This document shows positions 24,871 to 35,974 of a stretch of 43,111 nucleotides of DNA, one piece after another. The notes beneath the pieces are model-generated. The model was not told the DNA's origin. It made no database searches and saw nothing but the letters and a program-made list of their open reading frames with translations. Numbering within the stretch: position 1 is the first letter of the stretch; each line of letters begins with the position of its first letter. This DNA comes from Octopus sinensis (taxonomy: Eukaryota): assembly GCF_006345805.1 (NCBI RefSeq), contig NW_021832655.1, forward strand, positions 1 through 43,111, given 5' to 3'. The position numbers and the translations under genes are program-made.

Positions 24871-25033
24871 CTTATGTACACGCAGAGGTTCAGTCATTCT
24901 TAAAGTTTCAATTGTTGGTTGTATTTGGTATTTCAATGGATTTTTTCCGATAACGAAGCTATTCAATCACTAAATATCAATAGCCGTATTTCTTGCTGTT
25001 TTCTTTCCCATTCTATCCTTTTCTATTTCACAG

Positions 25034-25107
25034 AATCTCTGAATCTTTGGTATTTTCTTCTGAAGCAGCGAAAGGAAAAGCAGTCTTTTCAGTTGAGTTC
25101 AGTTTCA
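25034..25107 (+). CDS. putative 74-nt internal exon of an unidentified host gene
   Basis: Long polypyrimidine tract + CACAG acceptor and consensus GTAAGT donor; two frames open (ISESLVFSSEAAKGKAVFSVEFSF or SLNLWYFLLKQRKEKQSFQLSSVS); no homology recognised. Confidence 0.35.
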
Positions 25108-25382
25108 GTAAGTCACATCTATATGTGTGTGTGTGCGTATGTATATGTATCTTTGTTAACATATATGTGTATGTGTGAAATGTGTAGGTGTGTTTGTGTG
25201 TGTGTGTATGTGTGTGTATGTGATGTGTGTGCATGCCTAGGACTGTCTTTTCAGAGTAACAGAACTCTGTCGATGTAGAATCAAGAACAACATAACGTTT
25301 GTATAACTGCGTTACTTTGCACATATAACATATATATATATATATATATATGTATATGTATGTATACACATACATACATACA

Positions 25383-25418
<36 letters not shown>

Positions 25419-25600
25419 TATAATATATATATAATATATATATATAATGTATGTGTATATATATAATCCAAAGAATATAAAGCTCTTCTGTGATTGGACT
25501 CAAGAGACACAGTGCCTTCTTAGGATAAACACTAAAGATTCATTGAAATAATAATAAAGAAGCGTCCATTGATACGGCATAACATATTTTCCGACCACAG

Positions 25601-25683
25601 ATTCTGATTGCAAGCATCCTTTGACTACCGAGCCTGCTAGTGCTGCGGTTACTTCGTTGAAGCATTCTACGGGCGTAACATAT
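25601..25683 (+). CDS. putative S/T-rich exon
   Basis: TTTTCCGACCACAG acceptor, (D)SDCKHPLTTEPASAAVTSLKHSTGVTY, candidate donor GTTAGT. Confidence 0.3.
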
Positions 25684-25860
25684 GTTAGTTTAACTAGTTT
25701 GAGTGAACTTTCCACGTTAAAAATTTGTTTAAATAATATTAAACATGTTCAGCCATGTTAGTTGAAAGTGTCATGCATCGTATCTCTCTTTTATTTTCAT
25801 TTTTTGGTACAGCTATAGCATATATATATATATATATATATATATATCTGGGAATCTGGG

Positions 25861-26191
25861 ACCCCCTTCGGTCACGACACTGACCATGGGATTGCACCTA
25901 GAAAGTTACCCTCCTAGTCACAAGTCTGGGCAAGGTGGTTTTATGGAAGACCAGCAGTGGCCCATGCATACCAGCCTCCCCTCTCCACGTCACCGATGTT
26001 GTCCAAGGGAAAGGCAAGGGCCGATACAGCTTGGCACCTGTGACGTTGCAACTCATTTCTACAGCTGAGTGAACTGGAGCAACGTGAAATAAAGTGTCTT
26101 GCTCAAGAACACAACACGCAGCCCGGTCCGGGATTCGAGCTCACAACCTCACGATCGTAAACTCGACGCTCTAACCACTGAGCCATGCGCC
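25861..26191 (-). mobile_element. SINE family D (tRNA head, CORE-like segment, RTE-like segment in antisense)
   Basis: Minus strand GGCGCATGGCTCAGTGGTTAGAGC, GAGCTCGAATCCC; body homologous to 9558-9660; second copy at 42130-42466. Confidence 0.85.
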
Positions 26192-26204
26192 ATATATATA
26201 TATG

Positions 26205-26734
26205 CAAAAAAGGGTGGAATATAATTAATTTAATAAAATTAATAAATTTCACCAAGTAGATTTATCGGTATGGAAAAGACCATATTTGGTAAGGGTTATA
26301 ATAATTATAAAGCTGCGAAACTTTGTTTCGTTGGTAATGTTTTTGTAGCTCACGTGGTAATTTTGGAGGGAGATATGAATTCGCATGTCTGTATAAGTGT
26401 AGGAATGCTAGCATTCCGTTAGATCGTTCGATGTCGCTGGTCGTGCAGGTGTAATGGGTGAGTTTTTCCCCTAGCATTTCTAGATTTATAGGAAATATTA
26501 TATTGACAAGGAAATGAGCCTTCGGTTCTAATCCAGAAACGATTCGTCTATAATTAATCCATAGGCTGGGATTTCGTTATTTTCTTCCTTTTTTGCCATA
26601 TACAGGTTACAAATTCTGTTTGTTTGTGGAGACTTTTTATTAGTAGAGGAAATAGTGATCAATTTTGGCTGCTATTTCTAATATTTTCGGTATGTGGTTT
26701 TGAGCAACTTGTTGCAATTAACCCTTAATTATAA

Positions 26735-26735
<1 letters not shown>
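26205..26735 (-). mobile_element. Penelope-like element 3' remnant
   Basis: Minus-strand TNRICNLYMAKKEE resembles the C-terminal CNLC..EK motif after PLE GIY-YIG domains; end shared with 15245-15335. Confidence 0.45.
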
Positions 26736-26769
<34 letters not shown>

Positions 26770-27308
26770 CATATATACACTTATGTACACGCAGAGGTTC
26801 AGTCATTCTTAAAGTTTCAATTGTTGGATGTATTTGGTATTTATATAAGTCCTAAGTTTATATCGGTCCCCGACCAGCAATTCATTTTGTTGCGAGGTGA
26901 TCCGAGTACATGGTATTGATAAGCCGCAATAATGGCGAAATGTCGGTATCTACCATTTTCGATCACTTTGGGACGAGTTGTTTCGCCTGCTCTGGGACAC
27001 TTCGTATATGCGTGTATTGGGCTTGTGTTTGTCCTCCACCAGTCACTGGTAACTTGTGTTGGTTTGTTTACATCCCTGAAACTTAACGGTTCGGCAAGAA
27101 AATACAGTTAGGGGTAACGAAGGTTATTGCTGTGGTGATAATGTATATTTTTGATGGGGTGGGTTAATGTAGTTTTTTTTGCTGGGTTAACAGTGTATAT
27201 TACGTGGAGGGAATGTAGGATTTTTTCTGTGGTGAGGGTCACATTTTTGATGGAGGGGTAATGTAAGTTTTTGGGGGGACGAAAGAGTATATATTTGATG
27301 GATGTTCC

Positions 27309-27599
27309 TTCTCAAGCCACGATTGGCTCATAAGGGCCGGTTTCCCGGTTTCCTTGTCGTATAGGTTCCCCACCTGGACGGGACGCCGGTCCGTCGCAGG
27401 TGAGCTGCAAGATGCAGAAGGAAAGAGTGAGAGAAAGTTGTTGCGAAAGAGTCAGCAGAAGTTCGCCATTACCTTCTGCCGGAGCCGCGTGGAGCTTAGG
27501 TGTTTCGCTCATAAACACACTCATCGCCCGGTCTGAGATTCGAACCCGCGATCCCTCGACCGCGAGTTCACTGCTCTAATCACTAGGCCATGTGCCTCC
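27309..27599 (-). mobile_element. SINE family C-type, full length
   Basis: Minus strand GGAGGCACATGGCCTAGTG, GGGTTCGAATCTC, tail GAAACCGGGAAACCGGCCC. Confidence 0.8.
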
Positions 27600-27959
27600 T
27601 CAATATTTGATGGATATAAACCGACAGAATAAATACCAAGCTTTAAAAAAATGTACTGTAGTCGATTTATTTGACTAAATTCTTTTAAGGCGGTGCCCCA
27701 AGGTGGCCTTAGTCTAATGAGTGAAATGATTAAAGATTAAAGATACATATATGTAATTCAGACATACGTCCTGTAGGGTCATGTGGGAATGTACATATAT
27801 GGCATAGTGGTATAAATAGGCATTTGTTTAACTCGCATACGCACATAGATATATTGTAAGAAAAAACATTAATATATATACGCATACCCACGCACACATA
27901 TTTGCGTACATGTTTGCATATATATATCCATATACATGGGTTTGTATATATGTTTGATA

Positions 27960-27994
27960 TGAGCGTGTGTGTGTGTGTCTGTGTCTGTGTGTCT

Positions 27995-28033
<39 letters not shown>

Positions 28034-28380
28034 TGTGTCTGTGTGTGTCTGTGTGTGTGTGTGTTGTGTGTGTGTGTGTGTGCGTGTGTGTATGTGTGTG
28101 TGCGTGTGTGTGTGTGTGCGTGTGTGTGTGAGTGTGTGTGTGTGCGCGTGTGTGTGTGTGTGAGTGTGTGTGTGTGTGTATGTGTGTGTGTCTGTGTGTG
28201 TGTGTCTGTGTGTGTGTGTGTCTGAGTGTGTGTGTGTGTGCGTGTGTGTATGTGTGTGTGTGCGTGTGCGTGTGTGTGTGTGGGTGTGTATGTGTGTATG
28301 CGTGTGTGTGTGTGTGCGTGTGTGTGTGAGTGTGTGTGTGTATGTGTGTGTGTCTGTGTGTGTGTCTGTGTGTGTGTGAC
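27960..28380. repeat. (TG)n array
   Basis: Direct reading. Confidence 0.95.
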
Positions 28381-28859
28381 ATAAAAAGAAGCGAAGTGCA
28401 ATGCCAGCAGACTGTGTGGAGACCATAATAGAAAATCGACCATTTTGTCTCCAGTTACCCACAACTTATGCTACAAACGTCCACTTCATTAAATTTTTCC
28501 AGTCAATTTTATAAATTTTTAGAACTGGTTTAGTTTATGTTCCTATACATCAAAGTTCATTAACATATTATACTTCCGTTATACTGAAGCCTTCTGGGAT
28601 TTATATGTTTAATTGTTACGTTATAATTCAAGCTAGAAGATTGCTTCGTTTATTTTTACAAATAATTTCAGTGATCTTAGATGAATTATATAATCCCTTC
28701 AAATAAGAAATTATTAGCAAGTAGCTGAATACATTATTTTTCAAATAATCTCATATTTTCTTTCACTTTTCATCCAGGGATTTTTATGGTTTGAACTTAA
28801 ATAAGTCACTGCTTCGTGGAATGGAAAGCTCCTAAATTGAATCTTTTCTTTTTTTCTTT

Positions 28860-29272
28860 TATCTTTTCTTTTACTTGTTTCAGTCATTTGACTGCGGCCA
28901 TGCTGGAGCACTGCCTTTAGTCGAGCAAATCGACCCCGGGACTTATTCTTTGTAAGCCCAGTACTTATTCTATCGGTCTCTTTTTGCCGAACCGCTAAGT
29001 GACGGGGACGTAAACACACCAGCATCGGTTGTCAAGCAATGCTAGGGGGACAAACACAGACACACAAACATACACACATACATATATATATATAATATAT
29101 ACATATATACGACAGGTTTCTTTCAGTTTCCGTCAACCAAATCCACTCACAAGGCATTGGTCGACCCGAGGCTATAGTAGAAGACACTTGCCCAAGATGC
29201 TACGCAGTGGGACTGAACCCGGAACCATGTGGTTGGTTAGCAAGCTACTTACCAAACAGCCACTCCTGCGCC
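28860..29272 (-). mobile_element. SINE family B, full length
   Basis: Head, CORE-like segment, internal microsatellite and 3' tail all present. Confidence 0.92.
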
Positions 29273-30113
29273 TAATGTACTTAAATGGGAAAAAATAAAA
29301 ACAGATGAAGGAGTCAAAGTTAAGCCAATCTCCAAGGAGGAAAGGACATTTGCAAAATTCAAGAAAGATATACTACGCAGCGGTCAAAATGGTGACTAAT
29401 AATATACGCAAAACGAAATCATTTACCAGAATCAATAAAGGAGCCTATACTTTCAGTCAGAATTGAGGTCATTCCAAACAAAATGAATTGAAGTGGAAAT
29501 CCAACAGAGCAGTTAACTATGAAAATAAACTAATTAGTGAAAATCCCATGAAGATTTAGTATATGACCAGACAGTAGGACTATTGGCCAGGAAGTGTCTC
29601 AAGACACGAAGACTGGTTAAGCGAAGCGGAGAGATTCCTTAGTTGCTAGAATATTAAGAATGGCTGTTTGTTATTTCAGGAATAATAAAAATAATGAAAA
29701 TAAATAAATGAGAGAGAAAGACAAAGGAATCCACAATGGAATAGGAGATTCCAACCAGAAAATTCAATATTTGAAGCACAACGAATGGCGCTCTCATTGA
29801 AAATCGATCGAACCGCCCAGATGAATTATAGATAAATACAAGCCAAAATACTCGGTTGATGTTCTAGAAGTCAAGCTCTACACTCCCTTGTGTTCATCCG
29901 CATCTAGTTTATGTCTTAATACATGTGACAAAATAACAACTGGATTTAGTAATGGTTTCTTTTGTTATATCTATTAATGTTGCATAGCTTCTGTTTAGGT
30001 GGATAATAGAGGTGAATCTAATGTGTGTGCAGGCATAACTACGTATGTGGTTTAGAAAGCTACTTTTGAAACTGTTCTCGTCGTGTTCGATTCGATTGCT
30101 CGGCATTTTAAAT

Positions 30114-30317
30114 TATTATTTCTTTACTGCCCACAAGGGGCTAAACACAGAGGGGACAAACAACGACAGACAAACGTATTAAGTCAATTATATCAACCCC
30201 AGTGCGTAACTGGTGCTTAATTTATCGACCCCGAAAAGATGAAAGGCAAAGTCGACCTCAGCGAAATTTGAACTCAGAACGTAGCGGCAGACGAAATACC
30301 GCTAAGCATTTCGCCTG
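30114..30317 (-). mobile_element. SINE family A monomer (5' truncated)
   Basis: Body and tail match family A. Confidence 0.85.
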
Positions 30318-30342
30318 TGTGACGAAAGAGAAGCAACTAGAC

Positions 30343-30389
<47 letters not shown>

Positions 30390-30415
30390 TAATAATAATA
30401 ATAATAATAATAATG

Positions 30416-30510
30416 TACCAATGTATACTATGAGTTTCTTTGCCCTAGGAGACGGGAAGACACCCGGCAAGAAATGGAAGCAAATTTGAAAGAAGAAGAA
30501 AAACCCATAC

Positions 30511-30511
<1 letters not shown>
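30416..30511 (+). mobile_element. R4/Dong-like 3' UTR stub between (AAT)n arrays
   Basis: CCCTAGGAGACGGGAAGACACCCGGCAAGAAATGGAAG matches the 3' UTR at 5725-5775. Confidence 0.7.
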
Positions 30512-30570
<59 letters not shown>

Positions 30571-30704
30571 CCAAAGGAAAGATCAAATAAGTAGTGTGTG
30601 TGTATGTAATTGGTTAAAGACGACCATTCCCCAAGATTAACAATACTTGGATTTTATTTTCGATTTTTTCTTTATTTCATCTGTACTTGTATATCGTTAT
30701 ATTA

Positions 30705-31075
30705 TTGCTCTAAACCTGATTTTCCCCAAATTTCATTGAACTCTTTGCTAATCCTTTTGTCCAAAAAAGATATTTTTGCTTTAATTGGCCAGAAATATCG
30801 ACACTGATGATGAGTCTTGCCGTTTCGTCATCTTTGTTGAACAGTATGGCTATGTGATGCAAGTAGGGGGTGACCAACATTAACGGGTAGTTGAATGGAG
30901 TAGCAAGGACACCCAGGTTATCTTGAACCTCCATCTCATTCCATAACAAGGCTATTCCGTAATAATACCGCTTTGAGAGAGAAGAGAGAAGCTCAGTCTG
31001 ACTGGTGGTACGAGGTAGACAGACCACTTCTTACATGCTTAAGCTAAGGGTTACCAGAGGCCAGCTGTTCAGACG
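30705..31075 (+). pseudogene. possible degenerate CUB-like block
   Basis: RYFCFNWP / RNIDTDDESCRFVIFVEQYGYVMQV ... AKGYQ with stops and a frameshift; weak pattern match only. Confidence 0.25.
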
Positions 31076-31691
31076 GATTAAAAAGCAAACGAGGATACAG
31101 TATATCTGACAACGGGAACTGATTTGAAGGAAATTTAATTATGTCTAGCAGATGGATAATCTACACACAAGCACATCATTGGCTCATAAAGGAACACGTA
31201 AACAGGATGTGTAAGAGGAAGACAGAGAAAATAATAAAAATAGCAGACCTTTCTTTAACTTTAGATTTCTCTGATCAATAAAGTTGGTTTGTTGTTTGCC
31301 ATCCATCTCCTTGTTTAACCTTTGCTTCGCCTTATATTTAGTACATAGCAGCTTCTCCGATTTGATATTTCACAGTCAATAAATCTTCTATTGACTGTGC
31401 TAACAAACACATCGACAGAAAATGTCTATTGACGATATTTTCAGAGACTTACTGAACACTGAGACATATTCTGTTTGAAAACGACTTCTCAAAGAAAATA
31501 TGACAAAAAAAAGTTTTAAAAAGATCTGTTCTCATGTAACATGGCCGATGAATATAATGTCTCCGTAGACAGGTTCAATCATGCTTCTTTTCTATAACGC
31601 AGCTGCTTTACATATTTTTGACAATGCAACAGTTATATAGTAGACATCTAGACATCGCTTGCTACTGTATATATATAGACAGTGTTGACAA

Positions 31692-31867
31692 GCGCAGCCG
31701 TGGCTATGTGGTAAGATGCTTGCTTCTCAACTTCATAGTTCCGGGTTCAGTACTACTCTGTGACACCTTAGGGCAAGTGTCTTCTACTGTAGGCTCAGGA
31801 CGACTAAATCCTTGAGTGTTGATTTGGTAGACGGAAACTGAAAGAACCCCGTCGTCTATATGTGTGG

Positions 31868-31924
<57 letters not shown>

Positions 31925-32076
31925 ATAGGCTAGCAGACCAGCATTCCCACTGATCAAAAGGGGAACAGGAGAAATGCGAAATGAAGCGTTTCGCACAAGA
32001 ACACAACCCGCCCCCGGCTTGGAAATCAAACCCACGATTGCTAGATCGTGTGTGCGACAGCCTAGCCACAAAGCCA

Positions 32077-32108
<32 letters not shown>

Positions 32109-32160
32109 AATTCTTTTACTTGTTTCATTCATTTAACTGTAGCAATGCTGGAACAATGCG
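31692..32160. mobile_element. nested SINE fragments (family B head plus, family C head minus, family B tail minus)
   Basis: B head 31692-31860; C-type head 31965-32080; tail remnant 32110-32160. Confidence 0.65.
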
Positions 32161-32709
32161 TATGTGTGTGTGTATATATGTATGTACGTTATTGACGGTT
32201 TTGCTTTCAGAGCACGATCGATAGTCACACACCTTTGTCTGGGCATCTGTTCTGCTGTCATAGCACACATAACTGTGACTGTGCATCTAGAATAAACATA
32301 TACACAAAGGTGAAAAACCGACGTAATCCGAGATGGTAATCCGACGGCGTTAGATAATCCGAGAATTAAGGTACTCCAAAGTATTGGTTACATAGACATG
32401 GAAGATCGGCGAGAACGTGCGTTAATAAAACAACACAAATACATATAAAAAGACAAAAGGAAAACAATATATGAAAAGAAATGTCCAAGAGACGTTCACA
32501 GCCTAATAATATCAACTGTGAAAGTGTCTCAGACGTTTCTTGATTTTTGCTTTTTATATTTGCTTTGTTTTGTTATATAAAAATCGACTGCGCTACCTCT
32601 ACACGCATCGAGGACAGAGCAGCTAATATATACGCACATCTATGAATGTACATATGTCATTCACTCCTTTGAGATTACAGCTTATATAGAAACACCTCTG
32701 ACAGCACAG

Positions 32710-32777
<68 letters not shown>

Positions 32778-32779
<2 letters not shown>

Positions 32780-33180
32780 GTGTGGTAAGTAGCTTGCTAA
32801 CCAACCACATGGTTCCGGGTTCAGTCCCACTGCGTGGCACCTTGGACAAGTGTCTTCTGCTATAGCCCCGGGCCGACTAATGCCTTGTGAGTGGATTTGG
32901 AAGACGGAAACTGAAAGAAGTCTGTCGTATATATGTATATATATGTATATATATGTGTGTGTGTTTGTTTCTATGTCTGTCCCCCTAGCATTGCTTGACA
33001 ACCGATGCTGGTGTGTTTGCGTCCCCGTCACTTAGCGGTTCGGCAAAAGAGACCGATAGAATAAGTACTGGTCTTACAAAGAATAAGTCCTGGGGTCGAT
33101 TTGCTCGACTGAAGGCGGTGCTCCAGCATGGCCGCAGTCAAATGACTGAAACAAGTAAAAGAGTAAAAGAGTAAAGAGTA
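32778..33180 (+). mobile_element. SINE family B, nearly full length, next to (TATC)n
   Basis: Complete body; tail GGCGGTGCTCCAGCATGGCCGCAGTCAAATGACTGAAACAAG(TAAAAGAG)n. Confidence 0.92.
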
Positions 33181-33182
33181 TA

Positions 33183-33444
33183 TGTTAGTTTGGTGCATAA
33201 TTATTGCGGGTTTTTCTCCACTGAATTTTATACAACAAAAACAATAACAACATTTAACAAAAACGTCTTTAAATGATTATTCCGGAGCATATTCATCATC
33301 TACTTCAATTACTGCTTCCCATTTACTTGGCAGCCAGCTGGAATAATCATTTAAAGATGTTTTTGCTAAATGTTGTTATTGTTTTTGGTAAATAAAATTT
33401 ATTGGAAAAAAAAAAAGCCGCAATAATTATGCACCAACCTAATA
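33183..33444. mobile_element. mariner MITE with long inverted arms
   Basis: TIR T(A/G)TTAG(G/T)TTGGTGCATAATTATTGCGG; inverted similarity extends ~120 bp; centre encodes LPSKWEAVIEVDDEYAPE* on the minus strand. Confidence 0.88.
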
Positions 33445-33807
33445 TATGTGTATGTGCGTGTATGTATGTATGTATATATGCATGTATGTATATGTATGTA
33501 TATATATATTTGTGTGTGTGTGTGTGCATATATATATGTGTGCATATATATATATATATATATGCACATATATATATGTACATTTATATATATATATATA
33601 TATATATGTTCATTATATATACCTACATATATATAATATATATATACTATTTAATATATATTATATATACATAATATATATATATAATAATATATATAAT
33701 ATATATATAATATATATTATATATACTTATAATATACATATGTATGATATATATATAACATATATATTTATTATAACATATATATATATATGTATGTATG
33801 TACGTAT

Positions 33808-33990
33808 ATAGGGAGAATTCACAAAAAAAAACAAAAGACGAAGATAGATGTAGAAAACAAACAGATGTTTTAGTTTAACGCTCGGGAATTGAAAAAGTCT
33901 TTAACGTTTCGAGCCTACGCTCTTCCACAGAAAGGAACACAGAAAGAAACAGGGAGAGAAAATAAAGAATGTGTAGGGCTAGCGATTATA
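33808..33990 (-). mobile_element. PLE-like end with variant minimal hammerhead (33898-33935)
   Basis: Minus strand CTTT-CTGTGGA-A-GAGC-GTAG-GCTC-GAAA-CGT-T-AAAG. Confidence 0.55.
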
Positions 33991-34064
33991 CGTATATATA
34001 TAGTTGAATTAGGTACTTAAATTGAGGTACCAAGCCAGTTCGGTATAACCCGCGCAACTCGAAG

Positions 34065-34215
34065 TTAGGTGTGTGTACGTCCCGGTAACTTAGCGGTTCG
34101 GCAAAAGAGACCGATAGAATAAGTACTAAGCTTACAAAGAATAAGTCCTTGGGTCGCTTTTCTCGACTAAAGGCGGTGCTTCAGTATGGCCACAGTCAAA
34201 TGACAATAGATAAAT
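34065..34215 (+). mobile_element. SINE family B 3' part
   Basis: CTTAGCGGTTCGGCAAAAGAGACCGATAG...GGCCACAGTCAAATGAC. Confidence 0.85.
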
Positions 34216-34231
34216 AAATGAATAAATGTAT

Positions 34232-34296
<65 letters not shown>

Positions 34297-34297
<1 letters not shown>

Positions 34298-34369
34298 TTT
34301 ATTAAAAAGTAGTAAAATTATCATAAAAACTATTACTCAAAGTTTCACGTTCCCGTTTGTCGGACAGTT
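34297..34369 (-). mobile_element. PLE-like end with degenerate minimal hammerhead (34328-34369)
   Basis: Minus strand AACTGT-CCGACAA-ACG-GGAA-CGT-GAAA-CTT-T-GAGT-A-ATAGTT. Confidence 0.45.
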
Positions 34370-34560
34370 AGTGGTTAGGGTGTTGCATCTCCCGATTGTG
34401 AGATCGTGAGTTCGATTCCCAGACCGGGCGTTGCGTTGTGTTCTATCTGTCTCTTTTTGCTGAACATCTAAGTTACGGGTACTTAAAACACCAACATCGG
34501 TTGTTAAGCGGTGGAGGGGGACAATCGCAGACATAAAAACACACGCACCTAGATATATGT
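34367..34560. mobile_element. SINE head (plus) fused to a family B fragment (minus)
   Basis: TAGTGGTTAGGG..GAGTTCGATTCCC at 34367-34440; reverse family B body at 34440-34560. Confidence 0.65.
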
Positions 34561-34573
34561 ATATGTAAATATA

Positions 34574-34613
<40 letters not shown>

Positions 34614-34767
34614 TGTGTGTGTGTGTGTGTATAGTCACTGGAAATAGCTAACAAAACAATAAGCACGGCAAAATAAATCATACACATACGACATAAAAGA
34701 CCATGTGACTACATATATATACAATATGTGTATACACACACACATATGTATATATTGTTATATCTGT

Positions 34768-34805
<38 letters not shown>

Positions 34806-34862
34806 ATATATATGAATAGATAGATAGATACATAGATAGATAGATACATAGATAGATAGATG

Positions 34863-34922
<60 letters not shown>

Positions 34923-35772
34923 GTCATATTACATACAAGCATACATGCATACATACATATATACGTGCATGTAGACACTTACACAGAAACACACACACAC
35001 ACGCGTGCGTGCAGGGGTGTGCGCGTGAAGAGCGGGTATACAAATTCTTCACCTTTGTTCAATATTTTTGTCTCCGTTCCGTTTTCAGGCTATATTCTTT
35101 TAATAATGAAAAATGTTTTCAATGAATTCTTTTACTGGGCCTAAAAACTAAACAATAAAATAAAACACAGACTTTATATATAAAGACATAAATGTATAAC
35201 AACACACGGGAAATCATAAAAGTAAAGTGAAATACAAATGGCGCAAGAGTCAAAAAACATAAACACTTTTTTATGTCTGACTTGTTATTGTTTTCATTCT
35301 GTTTTTACTGTAAATTGAGATTTGATATATTATTGTTGTTTCCGAGTTATTGTTGTTGCTGCTGGAGCTGCCATCGTCGTCGTCGTCGCATCTGATATTG
35401 TTATTGTTGTTGTTGTTATTGTCGTTGTTGCTGTTGTTGTTGAAACAAGAGGAAGCTCATTGCCAATCAAATATAGTATTTCTTCTGCGCAGTCTTTGTT
35501 GTTAATTCTAAATTCAACTACTTTCCACCCGTCTACCCGTCCTTGATCGACATACAGACATTGTAAAAATCCTCTTGATCTGCTTCTAACCATTAAGACA
35601 AACTTACGTCAAGCCACAGCTGTCTTTGTACATAGAGAGGCGTCTAGCAAACTACCTTGTCGTGATTATTCGCCACACATCCATATACCACGCAACACAT
35701 CCCCCACCATGTCTAGGACTAACAGCATTTCAAGTTAGCTGACCAGTCTGAGCTTTACCAGTTCTTTAATAA

Positions 35773-35903
35773 CCTATTTCTTTACTACCCACAAAGGGCT
35801 AAACACAGAGGGGACAAATAAGGACAGACAAACGGATTAAGTCGATTACATCGACCCCAGTGCGTAACTGGTACTTAATTTATAGACCCCAAAAGGGGTC
35901 TAT
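35773..35903 (-). mobile_element. SINE family A 3' part
   Basis: Tail and body match; truncated at a perfect hairpin. Confidence 0.85.
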
Positions 35904-35974
35904 TTGGTTGAGTGCTAGACTGTATCGGGAGGAAGTCCACTTGACTGAATGGCATTATGTCATTCATGAGGACA

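Noticed and set aside
30803-30835. CTGATGA as a hammerhead core
   Set aside because: No GAAA or closing stems on the same strand
32486-32542. Two-tier hairpin (CAAGAGACGT/ACGTTTCTTG, TTCACAG/CTGTGAA)
   Set aside because: The hairpin is real but lacks a complete ribozyme core on either strand; function unsupported
35590-35730. Minus-strand RHGGGCVAWY / QLWLDV resembling an APE fragment
   Set aside because: Too short and interrupted to call with confidence
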